Positions 1 to 9,453 of a stretch of DNA of 64,000 nt are shown here, one piece after another; the first letter of the stretch is position 1, and the number at the start of each line of letters is the position of its first letter. Location of the stretch: assembly GCA_030583765.1 (NCBI GenBank), contig CP129474.1:331921-395920 (forward strand), written 5' to 3'. The translations under genes and the position numbers were made by a program. The DNA is from Minisyncoccota bacterium. GTDB lineage: Bacteria > Patescibacteriota > Minisyncoccia > 2-02-FULL-40-12 > GWA2-44-9. The notes under the pieces were generated by a model that did not search any database, was not told the origin of the DNA, and worked only from the letters and a program-made list of their open reading frames with translations.

Positions 1-1569
1 GCCCTCTTCGGTGAGATCGTAGGTATCGTGCTCGAGAAGCGAGCTAATGATGAGGTTGCCGTCTTTGCCGCGAGTGGTCAGCCCGTGGCGGGCAAGCACG
101 AGGCGCGTTGGCTTTGTTGTGCGCAAACCGTCAAGATCTGCATATGAAGAAATAACGCGCATGTGCCGACACTCAGGCTTACCACACACCCACACCGGCA
201 ACGGCGTGCCCCAGTAGCGCTCACGCGAGAATGCCCAGTCTTTCCCTTCGCGGAGCCACTGTCCAAAACGACCATCTTTGATGTGCTCTGGATACCAGTT
301 GATCGTCTCATTATTTGCAAGAAGCTCTTTGTTAACCGCGGACATGCGGATGAACCACGATTCTTTTGCGTAGTACAACAACGGCTTGTGGCAACGCCAG
401 CAATGTGGGTACTCGTGCTCATACGGTTCAGTGCGCACCACGCGCCCCTGTGCCGCAAGCGTTTCGAGAATCAGCGCCTCGGTCTTTGGATCCTTCGCGT
501 AGCGGCCATCGAGTAGCTCACCCACACCGGTAAAGAACCCGGCCGCATCCACGGTGTGCACCTTTGGCAACCCCACGCGCGTGCCGAGCGCATAGTCATC
601 TTCTCCATACATCACCGCAGTGTGCACGATACCCGTACCATCTCCGGTTGTTACAAAGTCTGCGGCGTACACTTTATAGGAAGCATCAGATTGCAATGCG
701 GGGACAGAAAAGAGCGGCTCGTACGAGAGCCCGACAAGCTCTTTGCCAGAACACTCGCGCTCAATGACCGCGTCGGCACCATAGATTTTTTCTACGAGAT
801 CACGTGCAACAATGTGAAAGCCTTCTTCGCGTCGCACGAGCGCATAGGTAATATTCTCTCCCACTGCAAGCGCAACGTTCCCTGGAAGCGTCCACGGAGT
901 TGTTGTCCACGCAACGATTGCTGTTCCTTTTGGAAACGCAGATTCACCACGCAGAGGAAACAGCGCATACACGGAAGTGTCGGTCACCGTTTCATATCCC
1001 TGCGCAACTTCATGAGACGAGAGGCCCGTGCCACAGCGCGTGCAGAAAGGAATAACACGGTGCGCCTGGTACAAAAGCTGTTTATCCCAAATTTGCCCAA
1101 TGACATTCCAAAGAGACTCTACATAGTGAGCGCCGTAGGTGATGTAGGGATCGCGCATGTCGAGCCAGAAGCCCATGCGCTCAGTCATCTTCTCCCACAG
1201 ATCTCGATACTTCCACACGCTTGCCTTCGCCTTCGTATTAAATGCTGCGATACCGTATGCTTCAATGTCTTTCTTCCCCTTAAAGCCAAGTTCTTTTTCT
1301 ACTTCGAGCTCCACGGGGAGGCCGTGCGTATCCCATCCCGCCTTGCGGAGCACACGAAAACCGCGCATCGTTTTGTAGCGCCCATAGAGATCTTTAAAAA
1401 TGCGCGTGAGGAAGTGCCCAATATGCGGCAAACCGTTTGCCGTCGGTGGCCCCTCGAAGAACACGAATGGCTCTGCGCCTGCGCGACGATCGATGCTCTT
1501 TTGAAAAATGTGGTGATCTTTCCAAAAACGGCGGGTACGCTCTTCGCGGGTATGGAATGTCTCAGTCAT
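1..1569 (-). CDS. ileS: Isoleucine--tRNA ligase (type 2), C-terminal part outside window. Reverse-complement translation from ATG at 1569 gives MTETFHTREERTRRFWKDHHIFQKSIDRRAGAEPFVFFEGPPTANGLPHIGHFLTRIF...GWDTHGLPVE
   Basis: Own translation of the minus strand. Class I HIGH motif (PHIGH), WCISRQ-like and GWDTHGLP blocks typical of IleS type 2. The forward ORF 556..2052 in the track is antisense read-through. Confidence 0.8.
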   Translation of the reverse strand, partial: MTETFHTREERTRRFWKDHHIFQKSIDRRAGAEPFVFFEGPPTANGLPHIGHFLTRIFKDLYGRYKTMRGFRVLRKAGWDTHGLPVELEVEKELGFKGKKDIEAYGIAAFNTKAKASVWKYRDLWEKMTERMGFWLDMRDPYITYGAHYVESLWNVIGQIWDKQLLYQAHRVIPFCTRCGTGLSSHEVAQGYETVTDTSVYALFPLRGESAFPKGTAIVAWTTTPWTLPGNVALAVGENITYALVRREEGFHIVARDLVEKIYGADAVIERECSGKELVGLSYEPLFSVPALQSDASYKVYAADFVTTGDGTGIVHTAVMYGEDDYALGTRVGLPKVHTVDAAGFFTGVGELLDGRYAKDPKTEALILETLAAQGRVVRTEPYEHEYPHCWRCHKPLLYYAKESWFIRMSAVNKELLANNETINWYPEHIKDGRFGQWLREGKDWAFSRERYWGTPLPVWVCGKPECRHMRVISSYADLDGLRTTKPTRLVLARHGLTTRGKDGNLIISSLLEHDTYDLTEEG

Positions 1570-1659
1570 AAGAAATGTATTGTTACGCTAGCAAAAAAAG
1601 CGGAAAATCTCAACGCGAAAGCATTGCGCGAAAAGAGGAGTCTGTCGTACACTGCACGC

Positions 1660-2052
1660 ATGCATCTCCGCGCCCCTTTGGTGATACTCTTTGTAATCTT
1701 TGTGCTTGGCGTCTTTGTAACAGGCGCCACAAATCTTTACGACATCGTCCCGTGGTTCGATAAGCTCATGCACCTCACGGGCGGCGCAGCTATTGCGTGG
1801 CTCGCGCACCGGCATTTCTCACACCGCGCACAAGGAAACCACAATCCCCTTCATACATGGGCTATTCTCGGCGTTGTTGCCGTTGTCGGTATTGCTTGGG
1901 AAGTTGCCGAACATACTTCGAGTCTTTTCGGAGAGGTCTATTGGCCTTCTATCTATGCATACTTCCACGGCGGTGACCTTACCGATACGCTCGCTGATCT
2001 CGTTCTTGATCTCGCAGGAGCGCTTGCTGTTCTGCACCTTTCTCGTCGCTAG
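1660..2052 (+). CDS. Small integral membrane protein (130 aa), unknown function
   Basis: Only the C-terminal 130 aa of track ORF 556..2052 look protein-like: MHLRAPLVILFVIFVLGVF... with 3-4 hydrophobic helices. Start ATG at 1660. Confidence 0.45.
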   Translation: MHLRAPLVILFVIFVLGVFVTGATNLYDIVPWFDKLMHLTGGAAIAWLAHRHFSHRAQGNHNPLHTWAILGVVAVVGIAWEVAEHTSSLFGEVYWPSIYAYFHGGDLTDTLADLVLDLAGALAVLHLSRR

Positions 2053-3767
2053 ATCTGCTCGGGAGCTTGAATGCCCAAAAGGCCGAGCCCCGTTTTCAAC
2101 ACTTTCGCCACCGTTTCAATAAGAAGAAGCCGCGCATTCCGGCGTTGCGTTTGCGCGTCCTCTAAAATACGCACCTGTTCATAGAAGCGGTTTGCTTCAT
2201 TCGCAAGTTCAGCAATATATAACGCAAGGCCATTTGTTGTTCGCGATGTCGCGCTCTGACGCACAACATCAGTAAAGTGGAGAAGGTGCCGCATGAGGCG
2301 CTCTTCGCATGGCTCAGAGAGGAGCTCTAATTGTGGGCGCACTAACAATCGCGAAAGCCGCGCCCATGCACCAGCCTTACGCGCGATACTCATGAGTCGT
2401 GCATAGGTATATTGAATGTAGGGTCCACTTGAACCAGAGAAATCGAGCATACGATCCCAGTCAAAGCGAATATCCGATGTGCGCAATTCGCGAAGGTCAT
2501 TGTATTTAATAGCGCCAATGCCCACCGCTCGCGCAACACGAGCGCGCTCCTTCTCTGAAAGGCGTGGGTTTTTCTTTTGTACCACTGCGTCGGCGCGCTG
2601 AATTGCCTCAGCCAATACTTCAGTAAGTGGCGTCGCGTTCCCTTCGCGCGTGGATAGTTTTTGTCCTTGCGCATTCAGCACAAGTCCATACTTCACGTGC
2701 ATGAGATCCGCAGTACGCAGCCCGAGTATTTCCGCCACCGCAAAAAGTTGTTGGAAGTGGAGCGACTGTTCATTCCCCACTACATAGAGCATCGCTGTGG
2801 GGTTGTGGTGGTCAAGGCGCTTTTGAAGCCCCACGAGCTCCCGCGTGAGATACAGACTTGCTCCATCGGACTTGCGGATGAGTGCTGGCGGAAGGTTTTG
2901 CGCTGAAAGGTCCACAATGAGCGCACCCTCGCTTTCTTTCGCGATGCCCTGCGCTTCTAAAAACGCCACAAGCGCGGGCATGTCTTTTTGGAGATCGCTT
3001 TCGCCTGTCATAATAGAAAACCTGATGCCCAGCTGTGTGTAGGTGTGTTCAAATGCGCGCAGTGATTCTTTTTTAAACCACTGCCAAAGTTTTTTGTTTT
3101 CTCCATCGCCGCTCTCCAGCTTGCGGAATTCTTCTTGTCCGACCGCTTCAAGTGAAGCGTCAGTTTTCAGCTCTTCATGGAAGCGCACATACAACCTCAC
3201 GAGTGTGGCGATAGGATCTTTGCGCACATCATGCGGATTACCCCAACGCTTATACGCGGCGATGAGTTTTCCAAACTGCGTCCCCCAATCGCCCAAATAG
3301 TTCCACCGAATGACGCGGTAGCCGAGAAAGTCGTGGATATTCGCGAGCGCATCTCCGATTACCGTAGAGCGCACGTGCCCCACATGCATGGGCTTTGCAA
3401 TATTTGGAGATGAATATTCAACGATGATTGTTTTTCCCCTTCCCTCTTTTGTCGCCCCTGGCCGCTGAGCACTCGCGAGCGCACGGAGCGACGCGTGCAG
3501 TGCAGATGCACGAAGCGTGATATTAATAAACCCAGGCGCAGAAGCGGTGATAGATTCGCACGCGACGGAAAGCTCTGGGTCAGCGCGCAGCGCAGAAGCA
3601 ATGTGTTCAGCAACTTCCATGGGCGACTTCTTCTGCTCTTTCGCGAGTGGGAACGCAATATTTGTGGCAAAGTCACCCAGATCCGGAGTAGGCGGAACTG
3701 AGACATCAAAAGAAATGCCGGGCACATGTGTTGCGATACGAGCACGTATCCAAGAGATATCGTACAT
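2049..3767 (-). CDS. argS: Arginine--tRNA ligase
   Basis: 572-aa ORF. SPNIAKPMHVGHVRSTVIGDAL (HIGH-type motif of ArgS). DALR anticodon-binding-like C-terminus. Confidence 0.9.
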   Translation of the reverse strand: MYDISWIRARIATHVPGISFDVSVPPTPDLGDFATNIAFPLAKEQKKSPMEVAEHIASALRADPELSVACESITASAPGFINITLRASALHASLRALASAQRPGATKEGRGKTIIVEYSSPNIAKPMHVGHVRSTVIGDALANIHDFLGYRVIRWNYLGDWGTQFGKLIAAYKRWGNPHDVRKDPIATLVRLYVRFHEELKTDASLEAVGQEEFRKLESGDGENKKLWQWFKKESLRAFEHTYTQLGIRFSIMTGESDLQKDMPALVAFLEAQGIAKESEGALIVDLSAQNLPPALIRKSDGASLYLTRELVGLQKRLDHHNPTAMLYVVGNEQSLHFQQLFAVAEILGLRTADLMHVKYGLVLNAQGQKLSTREGNATPLTEVLAEAIQRADAVVQKKNPRLSEKERARVARAVGIGAIKYNDLRELRTSDIRFDWDRMLDFSGSSGPYIQYTYARLMSIARKAGAWARLSRLLVRPQLELLSEPCEERLMRHLLHFTDVVRQSATSRTTNGLALYIAELANEANRFYEQVRILEDAQTQRRNARLLLIETVAKVLKTGLGLLGIQAPEQI

Positions 3768-3867
3768 GCTTGTATGCTACCGCAGGCGCCGCTCCTTTAC
3801 TAGACCTCCGCAATCGCCTTGAAAAAGCAGCCCGCGACCCCCATAATGAAGGAGATACTTTTTTATT

Positions 3868-4896
3868 ATGTCCCTCAAAGAACACGACAAACACATCGTT
3901 GATATCGTCAAAGACATTTCGCCAGCCGTAGTAAGTATCGCGATCTCAAAGGAACTCCCCACAATGCGTGGGCGCCTTTCTGATTCCCTCTTCGGATCAT
4001 TCGCTCCGCCACGCGAAACAGAGAAAACAAAAGTAGGCGGTGGCTCTGGCTTCATCGTGCACGCAGATGGACTCGTACTCACCAACAAGCACGTCGTCAT
4101 CGACCCCGACGCCGCATACACTGTTATTATGGGTGACGATACCGAATACCCCGCGAAGGTGCTTTCACGTGACCCCGTCAACGACATTGCCGTATTGAAG
4201 ATAGAAGGCATGAATCTCCCCGTCGCACCGATGGGTGATTCAAAGAAGATTCAGCTCGGGCAAACAGTGCTCGCCATTGGCAACGCGCTGGGCATGTTCT
4301 CAAACACTGTTTCAAAGGGTATTGTTTCTGGTCTCGCACGGAGTATCGCCGCGGCGTTGGGCTCGGGCGAGCACATGGAAGAGCTTCGTGGTGTTATTCA
4401 AACGGACGTCGCTATCAACCAAGGAAACTCTGGAGGGCCGCTCATTGATTTAGACGGTAACGTCATCGCCATCAACACGGCGGTCATCTATGGCGCGCAG
4501 AATATCGGCTTTTCTATCCCCATTAATTGGGCAAAGCAAGACATCAAGGACATTTTAGAGCACGGGCGCATTCGCCGACCGTACATCGGCCTCACCTACA
4601 TTATGTTGGGCAAGGAAGCACAGAAGAAATATGCACTCGCCACAGATCACGGCGCGCTCGTAGCCCGCGACCACCTCCCCGGCTCTGTCGCTGTGGTCCC
4701 CGGCTCCCCCGCAGACAAGGCCGGCATTCGCGAGAACGACATCATCACTGAAGTGAATGGCGAACCGCTCACCGAGAAAACGACGCTCACCGAAGCGCTC
4801 CAGGTATTCGCCGTAGGAGAAACCGTGAAGCTCTCACTCATTCGCAACGAAAAACCGATGCACGTCTCTTTGACGCTTAAAGAGCGCACCGCATAG
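3868..4896 (+). CDS. htrA: HtrA/DegP-family serine protease with C-terminal PDZ domain
   Basis: Trypsin-like catalytic motifs (HADGLVLTNKHV, DIAVLKI, GNSGGPL). PDZ-like C-terminus. Confidence 0.85.
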   Translation: MSLKEHDKHIVDIVKDISPAVVSIAISKELPTMRGRLSDSLFGSFAPPRETEKTKVGGGSGFIVHADGLVLTNKHVVIDPDAAYTVIMGDDTEYPAKVLSRDPVNDIAVLKIEGMNLPVAPMGDSKKIQLGQTVLAIGNALGMFSNTVSKGIVSGLARSIAAALGSGEHMEELRGVIQTDVAINQGNSGGPLIDLDGNVIAINTAVIYGAQNIGFSIPINWAKQDIKDILEHGRIRRPYIGLTYIMLGKEAQKKYALATDHGALVARDHLPGSVAVVPGSPADKAGIRENDIITEVNGEPLTEKTTLTEALQVFAVGETVKLSLIRNEKPMHVSLTLKERTA

Positions 4897-4898
4897 CT

Positions 4899-5342
4899 AT
4901 GAAAGAGTACGCCTCAAACCCGCGGGCCGCATTCGACTTCGAGATTATCGAAACACTCGAGGCTGGTGTTGTGCTCACAGGCAATGAAGTGAAAGCAATT
5001 AAAACTGGTAAAGCAGCACTCCGCGGCACCTATGTGCGCATGATTCACGAGCGTCCGTTTCTTGTAGGCGCCACTATCACGCCCTACCAGCCCGCAAACA
5101 CACCACCCACCTATAACCCGCAGGCAGATCGCGCGCTCCTCATGTCCAAGAAACAGATTGCCGCACTCTCGGGTATCGGCAAGGCAGAAGGCCTTACGCT
5201 TGTTCCCCTGAAACTGTATGACAAGGGCGGGCGCATTAAACTGTTAGTAGGCATCGCGCGCGGGAAACGCAAATACGACAAGCGAGAAACGATAAAAAAG
5301 AAAGATCTCACACGAGCGAACCAACGCGGACTTGAGGATTAA
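4899..5342 (+). CDS. smpB: SsrA-binding protein SmpB
   Basis: 147 aa. FDFEIIETLEAGVVLTGNEVKA and KLLVGIARGKRKYDKRE are characteristic of SmpB. A tmRNA gene lies 3.6 kb downstream. Confidence 0.9.
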   Translation: MKEYASNPRAAFDFEIIETLEAGVVLTGNEVKAIKTGKAALRGTYVRMIHERPFLVGATITPYQPANTPPTYNPQADRALLMSKKQIAALSGIGKAEGLTLVPLKLYDKGGRIKLLVGIARGKRKYDKRETIKKKDLTRANQRGLED

Positions 5343-6501
5343 TATTCTCAGTATAATGCTGCGCTCCAATAGTGTCGTAAAACGAAAGTAGCTCGGTTAT
5401 TCTTTTTTTTATACAGTATGTTGTACGCACCTCTCGAGAAATATGTGGGGCGGTAAGACGCGCGCGAATAACACGACTGTAAAGCACCTTCTCAAGCGCA
5501 ATCGCTAAGGCATGTGCGTCTCCCAACGGGAATAATAGCCCACGCCGCCCACCATCCAAGAGCTCCGCGAGGCCTTCAATATCGCTCGCAACCACCGGGG
5601 TACCAAGTCCGAGCGCTTCCATCGCCACATTACACCAAGATTCTGTTCTCGACGGCACCGCGAGCACGTCGGTCGCGCGCAAGAAAGCGGGCATACGGTC
5701 ATGCGATATATAGCCCTCAAAACGCAAAAGTGAACCAACGCCAAGCTTCTGTGCCAGTGCCAGTAGCTTGCGCTCGTCCTGCCCCGCACCAATAACGCGA
5801 ACCGAGCGTGGCGATAAGACGCGTTTGAGCTTCACAAGCGCGCGCATGAGCACATCAACGCCCTTCATGTGAGAGAGCTCGCCAGCATATGTAATAGCCA
5901 CGCGCGGAATCACCGGCCCATGCAAAGCTTGTGTATCTAGCTCATCCCAGTCTTTGGCGTTATGAATAACGTGTACTCTTCGCAGGATACCAAGCTCGTC
6001 TAAGGACGCCTGCACGGCACTAGAAGGACCGGATATAATACACCGCGAATTGCGAAGATGCGCACAAAATTCATCAAGGAGCGCTTGCCGCATAATCAAC
6101 GGCAATTTCCCAATCCTTGAAAAGGGTATGTGTCTCACTGTCGTGCGGAGTGACACTACAAGGCGTGCGCCGCACCTATCGGCGCATCGCAAAGCAGTCA
6201 TCATACCATCACGCAAAGAAAACGTCGCCTGTACATGAATAACGTCAGCGCACCGCATAAGTTGCACGATGTCGGCTTCGGTACTCGCCTTCTCGAGGCA
6301 TAACCGTGGCGCTACAATATGCGGATATCGCACATGCGCATCAGTAGTAAATGTTTCTGATACGGTGCGCGTTGTCGCAATAGTGACCGAGTGCCCAAGA
6401 CTAGCTAGGGCACGAGCATCTTGAAATGTCTGCACCTCAACACCGCCGCCTTCAGCGTGTGGATAGTCGTGGATAAATAAAATATTAAGTGGGCGGTTCA
6501 T
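5308..6501 (-). CDS. Glycosyltransferase family 4 (GT-B, group 1)
   Basis: 397 aa. GT4 architecture with an EX7E-like C-terminal domain (VPSRTESWCNVAMEALGLGTPVVASD). Overlaps the downstream deacetylase gene by 4 nt. Convergent 35-nt overlap with smpB. Confidence 0.8.
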   Translation of the reverse strand: MNRPLNILFIHDYPHAEGGGVEVQTFQDARALASLGHSVTIATTRTVSETFTTDAHVRYPHIVAPRLCLEKASTEADIVQLMRCADVIHVQATFSLRDGMMTALRCADRCGARLVVSLRTTVRHIPFSRIGKLPLIMRQALLDEFCAHLRNSRCIISGPSSAVQASLDELGILRRVHVIHNAKDWDELDTQALHGPVIPRVAITYAGELSHMKGVDVLMRALVKLKRVLSPRSVRVIGAGQDERKLLALAQKLGVGSLLRFEGYISHDRMPAFLRATDVLAVPSRTESWCNVAMEALGLGTPVVASDIEGLAELLDGGRRGLLFPLGDAHALAIALEKVLYSRVIRARLTAPHISREVRTTYCIKKRITELLSFYDTIGAQHYTENINPQVRVGSLV

Positions 6502-7247
6502 GGTGTTCTAGGAGATCCAATCGCCACAAACTCGGCAAGAATTCCGGCCGATACCGCCGTTAAACGATACCATGGCGGGTTTACTATTCGGAACGCCTCG
6601 GCATATGTGCTTTTAGCACGCCCGCCGCGAAGCATGGCAAGCCCCTCATCAAAGCGGAGTAGGTCACGCCCCAAACGCTCTGCATACGCAGCACGCATAG
6701 CACGCATCTTTACGGCATACGTCTCAGAAATATCAAAGAGAATGAGCGGGTTCGCTAAAACGTTAAGGCCGTCGGTTTCCAGAATAATGCCGTGCTCAAG
6801 ACGCGCACCCAAGTGAAGGAGCGTTGAGCGAAATGCGATTTCTATTGCTCGTAGACCAATGGCGTGAGCCGCGCGATGTTCGAAGTGGTAGTCTCCGCGA
6901 TTGAGAAGAATACATACATCAGGCCGCACTTCGCGTAGATACGCCGCCAGCTCAAGCACTATATCTTCGGTCGGCGAGAGAAGTATATTCCCGCCAACAC
7001 GAATACGCGGTGGCTCCATGCCAACGTCACGTGAGAACAAGTCAATTTCTTTGCGACGATTATTTGCCATCATTGCCGTTCTCTCTCGCGCATTCGGCTT
7101 ACCATTACTACCATCGGTGCATACGAATTCGTGCACCTTCCATCCACGCGCCGCGAGCGCAGCAACAGTGCCGCCAACAAGCGTGTCGTCGTCAGGGTGC
7201 GCAGATATAATCACAGCTGTTCGAGTATTAGATTGTATTGTTTTCAT
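6498..7247 (-). CDS. PIG-L/LmbE-family N-acetylglucosaminyl deacetylase
   Basis: AVIISAHPDDDTLVGGT (HPDD motif of LmbE/PIG-L). True start taken at MKTIQ (ATG 7247). The upstream part of the track ORF is non-protein-like. ATGA-type overlap with the GT4 gene. Confidence 0.75.
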   Translation of the reverse strand: MKTIQSNTRTAVIISAHPDDDTLVGGTVAALAARGWKVHEFVCTDGSNGKPNARERTAMMANNRRKEIDLFSRDVGMEPPRIRVGGNILLSPTEDIVLELAAYLREVRPDVCILLNRGDYHFEHRAAHAIGLRAIEIAFRSTLLHLGARLEHGIILETDGLNVLANPLILFDISETYAVKMRAMRAAYAERLGRDLLRFDEGLAMLRGGRAKSTYAEAFRIVNPPWYRLTAVSAGILAEFVAIGSPRTP

Positions 7248-7302
7248 GTATAAAATAACGAGGATGTGTCGGAGCCCTATACAAGGGCTCCGACACGAAG
7301 AC

Positions 7303-8328
7303 CTAGGTGACAGTAATCGTGATGGTGCGGCCGTCAGAGATGAACGGGATGTCGGAGAGTGCCTTCCCCACCCTTGACGCATGGGCGTCCAGACAACGAC
7401 GGAGATCATCCCACCCGGCGTCCTTCTTGTCTGGCGTGACCACAGTTACCCTCGTGCTTACACTCAAGCGATCGCGCCACAGGGAAGTGAGGCTGTTGAG
7501 TGTCCCGCGCGAATCGCTATAGTCGCGCACATGCACGCGGGCGTCTGGAGACGTGATCTTTTTGATCGCAGCGTATGCGGCAAGCCCGTTGAGTACGAGC
7601 CCCGTCTTTCGCATGAGGAGACCGACGCTCGTATCGTCAGAGATACAGGCGGACAAGATCCGCGCCCCCTTACAGCGCATCGGCCGCGTACTATGAACAG
7701 CAGTAACCACGTACTGCCAATCCCAACGCACGCTATGGTACGACACCGTGTCCGCAGAGCACGCAGGGCATGGCACCCTGCAGATGGCTCGTCTAGACGG
7801 CAACGCCTCTCGAAGTTCACCGAGCGTGATGTTAATCAGGGCGCAGGTCAGGTCGCGCACACGGAGCGAACCGGCGGGCATCCCCGATGGGACAATGTGC
7901 TCCACCAGCCGCTCACGCACCTCCATGAAACGCGCCAAGCGCGTGGAGATAATCGTATCCACCGCATCTGGCAATAGCCCAATTGGTACGTGTGGGCGCA
8001 GACGCTCCTTTCCAATGAACGGAACATCTCCCCAGAACTCCTTCCACAAGTTGGAGCCGAAGTCGTCACAGTCGGCGTCCAAACCCCACTCCTGCCCGTA
8101 CTCGCCGACCGTACCAGCCGTACTGATGTCGGTCACCACAGTGCCGGGCAAACGCAGACTCGCCCATGCGGCAACGAGCAGTTCCGTTGCCCTACAGTTG
8201 GGCACGGGCGAAGAAGCGTCGCACACGTAGTGCGCGTCTTCGGTGAGCACATCACGCCGTACGTAACCGGCGCGCAAAGCTTCGTCAAGGCCACTGCCAA
8301 TATTGGAACGTCCGATTTCGCAGATCAT
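7303..8328 (-). CDS. Hypothetical protein (341 aa), high-GC gene
   Basis: Long ORF with an AGGAGGG RBS 8 nt upstream of ATG. GC content clearly higher than flanking genes. No family recognised. Confidence 0.45.
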   Translation of the reverse strand: MICEIGRSNIGSGLDEALRAGYVRRDVLTEDAHYVCDASSPVPNCRATELLVAAWASLRLPGTVVTDISTAGTVGEYGQEWGLDADCDDFGSNLWKEFWGDVPFIGKERLRPHVPIGLLPDAVDTIISTRLARFMEVRERLVEHIVPSGMPAGSLRVRDLTCALINITLGELREALPSRRAICRVPCPACSADTVSYHSVRWDWQYVVTAVHSTRPMRCKGARILSACISDDTSVGLLMRKTGLVLNGLAAYAAIKKITSPDARVHVRDYSDSRGTLNSLTSLWRDRLSVSTRVTVVTPDKKDAGWDDLRRCLDAHASRVGKALSDIPFISDGRTITITVT

Positions 8329-8645
8329 TCTAACTACCCTCCTGGATTTTCGTTAAAGAACAGTCGAGCCCCCGATCATCGGGGGCTCGTTGAGATATTT
8401 ATGTGGTGAATGTAGCTGTCTAAATTAATACCTTAATGAGCCTCCGATGTCGGAAGTAAACATAATAAAGGTATAGAGATGCCACTGGGCGGCGTGGCAC
8501 GATGGGATGTTGTCTGAAGCTGGAATCATAACTATTGAATTCTAGAAAATATACACGAGGCCATAGGCACCGTCAAGCCTGCCGCCTGGCTCACGTCACT
8601 CACGTGGTGGCGACGAATAAAGACCCCCGGCACGGTGCCGGGGGC

Positions 8646-8903
8646 TTACGGTTTGGTGAAAACGAGCGCACGCAAGTGCGCGGAGTCTGGCACATCGTTG
8701 CGCACGAGCACGCCATGCTCTTGCATGAGCTGCGCTTCTCTGGCTTGCGCCTCCTGAATGTGGCGCCGTTGGAGCGCGTTGTCTTTTTCCCACAGCGCAC
8801 GCGCTACGGGGAACAGATCAACGCAACGCGCAACGCTTGGCGCCCGCGGGCGCCGCGTGATGCCACGCACGAGCGTGCCAAGACGCGTTTCTCTCGTAGC
8901 CAT
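8646..8903 (-). CDS. Small hypothetical protein (85 aa)
   Basis: ATG preceded by AAGGAGGG. Followed by a strong bidirectional hairpin (ccccggcac/gtgccggggg). Divergent from the tmRNA promoter. Confidence 0.4.
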   Translation of the reverse strand: MATRETRLGTLVRGITRRPRAPSVARCVDLFPVARALWEKDNALQRRHIQEAQAREAQLMQEHGVLVRNDVPDSAHLRALVFTKP

Positions 8904-8956
8904 AGAGCCCTCCTTCATGGCGCAGTATAGGGATTTTTACGCACTATACAAGCACT

Positions 8957-8984
8957 TTGCAGGACTTCCGTTTTGTGGTATAAT
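8957..8984 (+). promoter_or_regulatory. tmRNA promoter: -35 TTGCAG (8957-8962), extended -10 TGgTATAAT (8976-8984)
   Basis: 16-nt spacer. The -10 lies 8 nt upstream of the tmRNA 5' GGGG. Confidence 0.6.
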
Positions 8985-8992
8985 GTGCCCTT

Positions 8993-9340
8993 GGGGATGA
9001 TCGGTTTCGACGAGGTCGTTCATTGATACATCGCTGTGCGCGGATGACTATCCCCCCGCGTAATAAATCTAGTCAACTCATATTTGGCAACTCTCAACCA
9101 GTTGTTGCATACGCCTAGCTTTAGCGCGTAAGCCATCCAGCTCGGATACTCGCTACGAGATTCCTGGGTGTCATCAGCGAGATGCTCGTTTGTGCGTCCG
9201 TCCGCACGAACGCTAAGACCTGACGGAAACCCATGCACGACGTTTGGCGAAGTCATACGTGCACGGATACCAAATCGCCTATCACAGTACACGCGGTATC
9301 AGTAACACTTTGGACTGGGGTTCGATTCCCCACATCTCCA
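8993..9340 (+). ncRNA. ssrA: tmRNA (SsrA), 348 nt
   Basis: 5' GGGGATGATCGGTTTCGACG matches the tmRNA 5' consensus (GGGGCTGATTCTGGATTCGACGGG). 3' end ...GGGGTTCGATTCCCCACATCTCCA has a T-arm plus 7-bp acceptor pairing with the 5' GGGGAUG, including the G3-U70 alanine identity pair. CCA is not encoded. Candidate tag frame ends ...PVVAYA* (stop TAG 9111-9113). Confidence 0.75.
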
Positions 9341-9346
9341 CTACAG

Positions 9347-9384
9347 AAAAACAAAGCGCCCCATCGGGGCGTTTTGTTTTTCTG
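9347..9384 (+). terminator. Intrinsic terminator after tmRNA
   Basis: aaaaacaaagcgcccc-atcg-gggcgttttgttttt: 16-bp stem plus T-run. Confidence 0.7.
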
Positions 9385-9453
9385 TCTTGAAGGAAGGGAA
9401 TCGAACGGGTAGCGATAGGCCGATGCATAAAAATATAGCGGAAGAATTCTTAT

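Noticed and set aside
556-2052. 498-aa plus-strand ORF
   Set aside because: The first about 370 codons are antisense to ileS and non-protein-like. Only the last 130 codons (1660-2052) form a plausible membrane protein.
8535-8930. 131-aa plus-strand ORF
   Set aside because: Antisense to the better-supported 85-aa minus-strand gene, which has an RBS and a terminator. The translation is Arg/His-rich junk.
9020-9292. 90-aa minus-strand ORF
   Set aside because: Lies entirely inside the tmRNA gene.
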